Shown in pieces: positions 19,873 to 20,000 of a stretch of 20,000 nucleotides of DNA. The stretch's first letter is position 1; the number at the start of each line of letters is the position of its first letter. The notes beneath the pieces are model-generated. The model was not told the DNA's origin and ran no database searches. It worked only from the letters and a program-made list of their open reading frames with translations. The stretch spans positions 33,703,623-33,723,622 of the forward strand of contig NC_057719.1 of the NCBI RefSeq assembly GCF_004010195.1. The letters run 5' to 3'. The DNA comes from Chiloscyllium plagiosum. Taxonomy: Eukaryota. The translations under genes were made by a program, and so were the position numbers.

Positions 19873-20000
19873 TCTGGATCAGTGGTGCTGGAAGAGCACA
19901 GCAATTCAGGCAGCATCCGACGAGCAGCAAAATCGACGTTTCGGGCAAAAGCCCTTCATCAGGAATAAAGGCAGAGAGCCTGAAGCGTGGAGAGATAAGC
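19873..20000 (-). mobile_element. Young PLE 3' terminal repeat, continuing past the window end
   Basis: The reverse complement is near-identical to 2957-3053 and homologous to 4098-4220. CpGs are retained. Confidence 0.9.
19935..19962 (-). ncRNA. Minimal type I hammerhead ribozyme motif, core intact
   Basis: The reverse complement reads AUUC-CUGAUGA-A-GGGC-UUUU-GCCC-GAAAC-GUC-GAUU. Stem I AUUC/GAUU pairs at 3 of 4 positions. Confidence 0.8.

Overview
Repeat-dense, mostly non-coding vertebrate DNA. The repeat families (HE1-type tRNA SINEs, CR1 LINEs, Penelope-like elements) point to a cartilaginous fish, probably a shark; this is inferred from family recognition, not from a database search. 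No intact protein-coding gene is present, and the ORFs with recognisable homology are transposon remnants. Main contents: (1) a fossil PIF/Harbinger DNA transposon at about 1560-5410, with a + strand Myb/SANT relic and a - strand DDE transposase relic, split by at least five later insertions; (2) several Penelope-like element (PLE) pieces carrying minimal hammerhead ribozyme motifs, of which two have intact cores (2961-2988 +, 19935-19962 -), plus a 211-bp hairpin element flanked by a 10-bp direct repeat; (3) a 5'-truncated 1.9-kb CR1 LINE (11068-12956) and many older CR1 and L2/Crack-like fragments, often nested; (4) two HE1-like SINEs in opposite orientation; (5) one plausible 108-nt minus-strand host exon (14048-14155) of unknown identity.
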